Origin: Guillardia theta CCMP2712
Lineage: Eukaryota; Protista; Cryptophyta
Direction of reading: 5' to 3'
Length of the DNA stretch: 63,945 nucleotides
NCBI RefSeq assembly: GCF_000315625.1
Contig: NW_005434554.1
Location: 61,297 to 125,241 of the forward strand
In this document: piece after piece, positions 54,453 through 63,945 of the stretch
Numbering within the stretch: position 1 is the stretch's first letter
Layout: every line of letters starts with the position of its first letter
Notes under the pieces: model-generated
What the model saw: only the letters and a program-made list of their open reading frames with translations
Database searches by the model: none
What the model was told of the DNA's origin: nothing
Position numbers and translations under genes: made by a program

Positions 54453-55307
54453 GTTTACTAGTGTGACACGGTGACCCAATGCCACACGCAGTTACAAATC
54501 GTGAAGAGACCGTTACTGGATCCTCGTTCAAATGTCAGGGGGTCCCGATGGTTTGAAAGGAAACAAAGTAAGGGTAGGGGTGCTTATTTACTAGGGGTAG
54601 GATGACAATCAAGAACCTTTTGAGGTGGGTAGTATAGGAGACAGGGGTCAAACGGTCTAGAAGAGAGGGGTGATAAGGCGTTGATTTCTTCCGGAATACC
54701 TTTGGTGGGTCATTCGAGAATGATTAGACGGGGTGGGGTCATGACATGATGAGGGGTACAAATCTGCAGCAGTTTTCAGGAAGGGGTGGGGTACCTACAA
54801 GTTGACAGACTGGGGTGGGGTCATGGTCCCGAAACTGTCATGGTGCACACGAAGAGACAAGAAGTTTATATATATACAGAGTGTTTTAGGGGTGGGGGTG
54901 GTTGTACTGAAGATGCCATGATAGCAAAGGTGGGGTGTCAATAGGAAGAAAGAGGGGTGGGGTGTAATGGAGAGAGGTGATTGGGGTGGGGTTGTACGGA
55001 TTCAGTAGTCAATCCGAAAAAGAGTGAGGAGGAAGTCAAGAAGCGAAGGCGAAGCGAGCGCTGGACGTTCTGACGCTGCTCCTGCTCCTGCTCCTGCTCC
55101 TCATCCTCCTGCTCCTGCTGCTGCTGCTGCTGCTGCTCCTGCTGCTCCACTAGCGACAGGATCACGAGCTGACGGCAATTCGAGGAAGACGGACGCCGAG
55201 GAAGCTTCGGGCTCAGATCACACGTGAAACTGTAAGCGACAGCAACACTCTCGACGTGATTCTACAGTATCTCCCGGTCCGAGGTAGCGCACAGTCAAGT
55301 GTTGGGC

Positions 55308-56519
55308 ATGGAGGCGTCCACCCCCTTGTTGTCATCCAAACCAGCATGGAGGGTGAGAATGAATCACATCGAGGGGTTTCGCTTCATTGTGTTATCTTGG
55401 ATCATCGTCTATCACTATCTTCATCTCCCCCACGGCGATTCATGGCAGTTCCGGTTGCGCTCGGGCCGTCCCCTTGATCTCTTCACAGTCATCAGCGGTT
55501 TTATCACACACTTTGTCTGGTCGACGCGGAAAGTTGGAAGTCCAATAGAGTTCCTCAGGAAGCGTGCGAGCGGGCTAATGTTCATGTACTACTTCTCCAG
55601 CGTTCTTGCATTGTTCCTCAGGGTTTGTAATCTAGGTGCGATGGGCACTACGGCGGGAGCGATCATGTATGAGTACCTGAAGTTCATCCCAACACTCTTC
55701 GGGGTCAACGTCTGGTTCAGCGTCATCCTCCCCTTCTACGACGACAAGGAGCTGATCCCTCAACCTCTGTACCTCTTCGCTCACACCTGTTACCCTGAGA
55801 ATGGCCCCCTGTGGTACATCCAGGCCCTGGCGTTCTGTTGGCTCCTTTACCCATTCTTTTCGAAAGTTCTCGAGGCCATGGATGGGGTGATGAAACCTCT
55901 TGCTCTGATGCTCTTCCTGTGGATCCTTGCTATTCTTCCTGCGATAGCGGTTGCTGCAGCTGGATCGCAAGAACGATGGATGACGTTCTTGAAAGTTTGG
56001 CCTCCCTTCATGCTGCCTTCCTTCTTTGTTGGTTGTGCGGCATGTGAACTGTACAAGCAGGCGACGTATTTGAGCTCCACCAGGGAGTACGCAAGCGTGT
56101 ACAACCTCGCAGGAGAAGCTCTTTTCATTTCAATCATCGTCGCTGTTCTCGTCTTCCCTGCAAGTGAACTTTTCAGACTCCATGGGTTCTCTCTTGTGTT
56201 CGGGGCAGTGCTGGTGTTGCTCGGGCTATCCACCTACTTCCATGACAGCTCGGTGACAGTCGGGCTGAAGCCTCTATTGGAGACATCGGTCATGGGCGAG
56301 CTGGGAAGCATCTCTTTGTGCGCCTTCACCCTTCAAGGCCCCGTCTGCCGCATCTTCACGTGGATCTTGCGCAACGGTCTGCACGAGGATCGATGGCATC
56401 TCAACTGGATGTCGTGGGAGGAGTTTCTAGTCTACTTTGCCATCCTCTACTCGGTGGCATATTTAACGTCCATTTACTTGGACAAACCTCTTACGGCCAA
56501 GTATTTCAAACACGAATGA
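55308..56519 (+). CDS. Acyltransferase-3 (OafA-like) polytopic membrane protein, intronless
   Basis: MNHIEGFRFIVLSWIIVYHY, LDLFTVISGFI, EFLRKRASGL, NGPLWYI..LLYP, SFFVGC, ELGSISLCAF and IYLDKP; about 10 hydrophobic helices. Confidence 0.85.
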   Translation: MEASTPLLSSKPAWRVRMNHIEGFRFIVLSWIIVYHYLHLPHGDSWQFRLRSGRPLDLFTVISGFITHFVWSTRKVGSPIEFLRKRASGLMFMYYFSSVLALFLRVCNLGAMGTTAGAIMYEYLKFIPTLFGVNVWFSVILPFYDDKELIPQPLYLFAHTCYPENGPLWYIQALAFCWLLYPFFSKVLEAMDGVMKPLALMLFLWILAILPAIAVAAAGSQERWMTFLKVWPPFMLPSFFVGCAACELYKQATYLSSTREYASVYNLAGEALFISIIVAVLVFPASELFRLHGFSLVFGAVLVLLGLSTYFHDSSVTVGLKPLLETSVMGELGSISLCAFTLQGPVCRIFTWILRNGLHEDRWHLNWMSWEEFLVYFAILYSVAYLTSIYLDKPLTAKYFKHE

Positions 56520-56627
56520 GTGAACCAAGATACCCAATCCGGTCCACGTCCCAAGGAACCTGTTTGAGACCTCTGCACGAGATCTTGACTAAGAAAGTCG
56601 CCAAGATCTCAAGGGTTTCTCTATCCT

Positions 56628-57735
56628 TCACTCGTCCTCTTGCTCTCGGCCTTCCCGTCTTCTCTCAGTGCGGGTCTCCCCGGCCTCTTGCTCCTCCTCC
56701 TTCTTTTCTTCTGCATTCGCTTGTGTAGGTCTCATGGCACTTTTCGGTGGATAGATCGCAACAGAGAAAAAATCTCCCACCTGTCAATCTTTGTGATGCA
56801 TGCAGACAGCAGAGTGAGGTCAACCTGGTAGCGGATCTGAGCGAGAGTTTTCTGAGAGACGTCGTCATGCAGTCTACGGCCAATGGCTGTGCTGCCGATG
56901 ACGTGCGAAACGAACTTTCCATTCGCGTCCGGATACAGGACCTGACGAGAGTCAGCGGAGGATAGTTAGGAGTAGCAGCAGCAGGGCACCTTAAAAGTGC
57001 ACTTAGTGCCGCTCTGACGAACTTCGCGGTGAACTTGAGCGAGGAGCTCGGTCAGCTCGGCCATGGTCGCATCACGCCAGGTATGAACCCGCACCTGCAC
57101 GGAAAGAGGTCGGCAAAAGCAGGAGGCACAATGTAAGCATTCGCAAACAATCAACCTCCTCGTCTGTCGGCTGTTGCTTGTAAGAGAACTCGTCGTCTCT
57201 GTGGTGCTCGCCAACTTTGCAGAAGAGTCGCAGCAGCATCGGGCACGTCTTCTCTCTGTCTACTGGCTCGATGATCTCGTCCCTCATACGAGGATTCCCC
57301 CCGACAAATCCTCCGCGATCCCCTGGGCGTGATCTCATGTATCCCCTGCAAACTCCATCAGAATCTCCTGCACAGGGCAGCTACACCTCCACAAGGCTGC
57401 CGCATTCTAATACCTGGGTCCCATTCCTCTCCCACGGCCCCGACCACCACGCCAGGAGTCACCGTTGTCATCATCACCGCGTCTCTCGTTCCTCCCACGA
57501 TCCGCATAATCGTCGTTTCTGCCTCCATCTCGGTCCTCGTCCCGGTCCCTCTCCCGGTCCCGTCGAGCGTCCTTGTCTTCTCCCTTGCGATCCTCCTCCC
57601 CATCCTTGTCGGCTCTGTCCTCCTTCTTGTCTGCCTCTTTTTCTTATCCTCCTTCTCCCCTCCATTCTTGTCCTCCGAGCTGTCCGCGCCCTTCTCCCCC
57701 TCCTCCTTCTTCTCCTTCTCCTTATCCTCGGCCAT
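56628..57735 (-). CDS. SAP18: Histone deacetylase complex subunit SAP18 with a charged/RD-rich N-terminal extension, multi-exon
   Basis: VDREKTCPMLLRLFCKVGEHHRDDEF, HTWRDATMAELTELL, KTLAQIRYQ|VGDFFSVAI. Confidence 0.9.
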
Positions 57736-58696
57736 ACCGCGTGTCTGATTGGATCCCCGGGCCCAAACCTTGATCCCACTTTCAAATATTTCTCTAGAAT
57801 TTCAATTTGAATAAAATATTTTCAATTTTGTTCAGAGGGAAGAGAAGACAGCTGTCACGAGAACGGAATGGAACGGGGCAGGAGGGGGATGAGGGTCTGT
57901 CATCATCACCCTCATTCCGATGATTGGCTTCACCGGACAGGAGCCGGCAAAACTTATGTTCATGTAGTCATTTGGTTGGTAGGTGGGGGTGATAAGAAAG
58001 TGGAGGGAGGGGTGGTGCTCTGTCTTTATAAGGCACCTTGGTCGGGTCGGAGGGTAGGGATAGTCAATGACACTAACGGGTAGGGGTAGTCTTGGCTGCA
58101 GGGACACAGGGGTCGAATATCAGGTGAAGGACGACCAAGTGGTAGGTAGGGTGTAGTGCACAAAGGGGTAGGGTAGGTGTACATTGCCGGGTGGGGTGGA
58201 AGAATTATAGTAGCGGGGGTACCATGGAATACGATGATGACGAATAGCTATCATGGGTGGGGTAGGTGGTGGTTTTTAGATGGGTGGGGGTCCCCACCCA
58301 TCCATCCATCGGTCCTCTTATGCCGACAGGGGCCGAGAGATGCGGAAAAGCTCATGGGGAGGAAGGGAGAGGAGGAGCGTGGATGAGGAGGAAGAAGACT
58401 CGGAGATAGAGGTAGACATGGGATCGAGAGTTTGCCAGCACAGGTCGGGACAGAGAAGAGATGCAGGGAAACCAGTCAAAACAGGTCAACGAAAGTTGCG
58501 ATAGCTTGATTTTGTGATTGGTGTTGCTGTGCGGAGAGGGGTGGTAGAGGAAGACATGAAAGCAATCGAGATGGATGATACTGACGGATCTTGAACTTGT
58601 CTCTGGTAGGGGAGGGAGGCATCTCTTCTTCTTGGGTCTCTTATATCGTGAGTTATCTTGTCTACAACCGTGGGTACTGCACGAGCCCCTGCCATC

Positions 58697-63945
<5,249 letters not shown>

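Overview
This is eukaryotic nuclear DNA, gene-dense and rich in short spliceosomal introns, many of them filled with microsatellites. Bipartite signal/transit leaders and ~45-60 nt introns suggest an alga with a secondary red plastid, probably a Guillardia-like cryptophyte (inference). About 20 genes can be read: a KCBP-like kinesin-14 3' end, an FkbM methyltransferase, a U-box/Tyr-kinase-like protein, an LRR surface protein, an unannotated 75-aa spliced protein, a plastid-type tandem ArsA/GET3, an acyl-CoA thioesterase, a GT92-like glycosyltransferase/methyltransferase, an HhH-GPD glycosylase, a RING-polyQ-TPR protein, UreD, NSUN2, a pseudouridine synthase, a giant LCCL + ~26x CHB_HEX_C repeat protein, an acyltransferase-3, SAP18 and a SERCA pump cut by the window end. 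The best candidate for an undescribed system is at 23.5-26.6 kb. It is an LTR-less, RT-less Ty1/copia Gag-protease-integrase whose frame is restored by a predicted 47-nt spliceosomal intron, which points to a domesticated host gene, and it abuts the glycosyltransferase ORF with a 1-nt frame offset. Other highlights are a Tyr-kinase-type domain with a WNK-like relocated catalytic lysine, and SERCA and NSUN2 carrying secretory/periplastid-type leaders. All calls come from manual reading and motif recognition; no searches were run. There are four assembly gaps.
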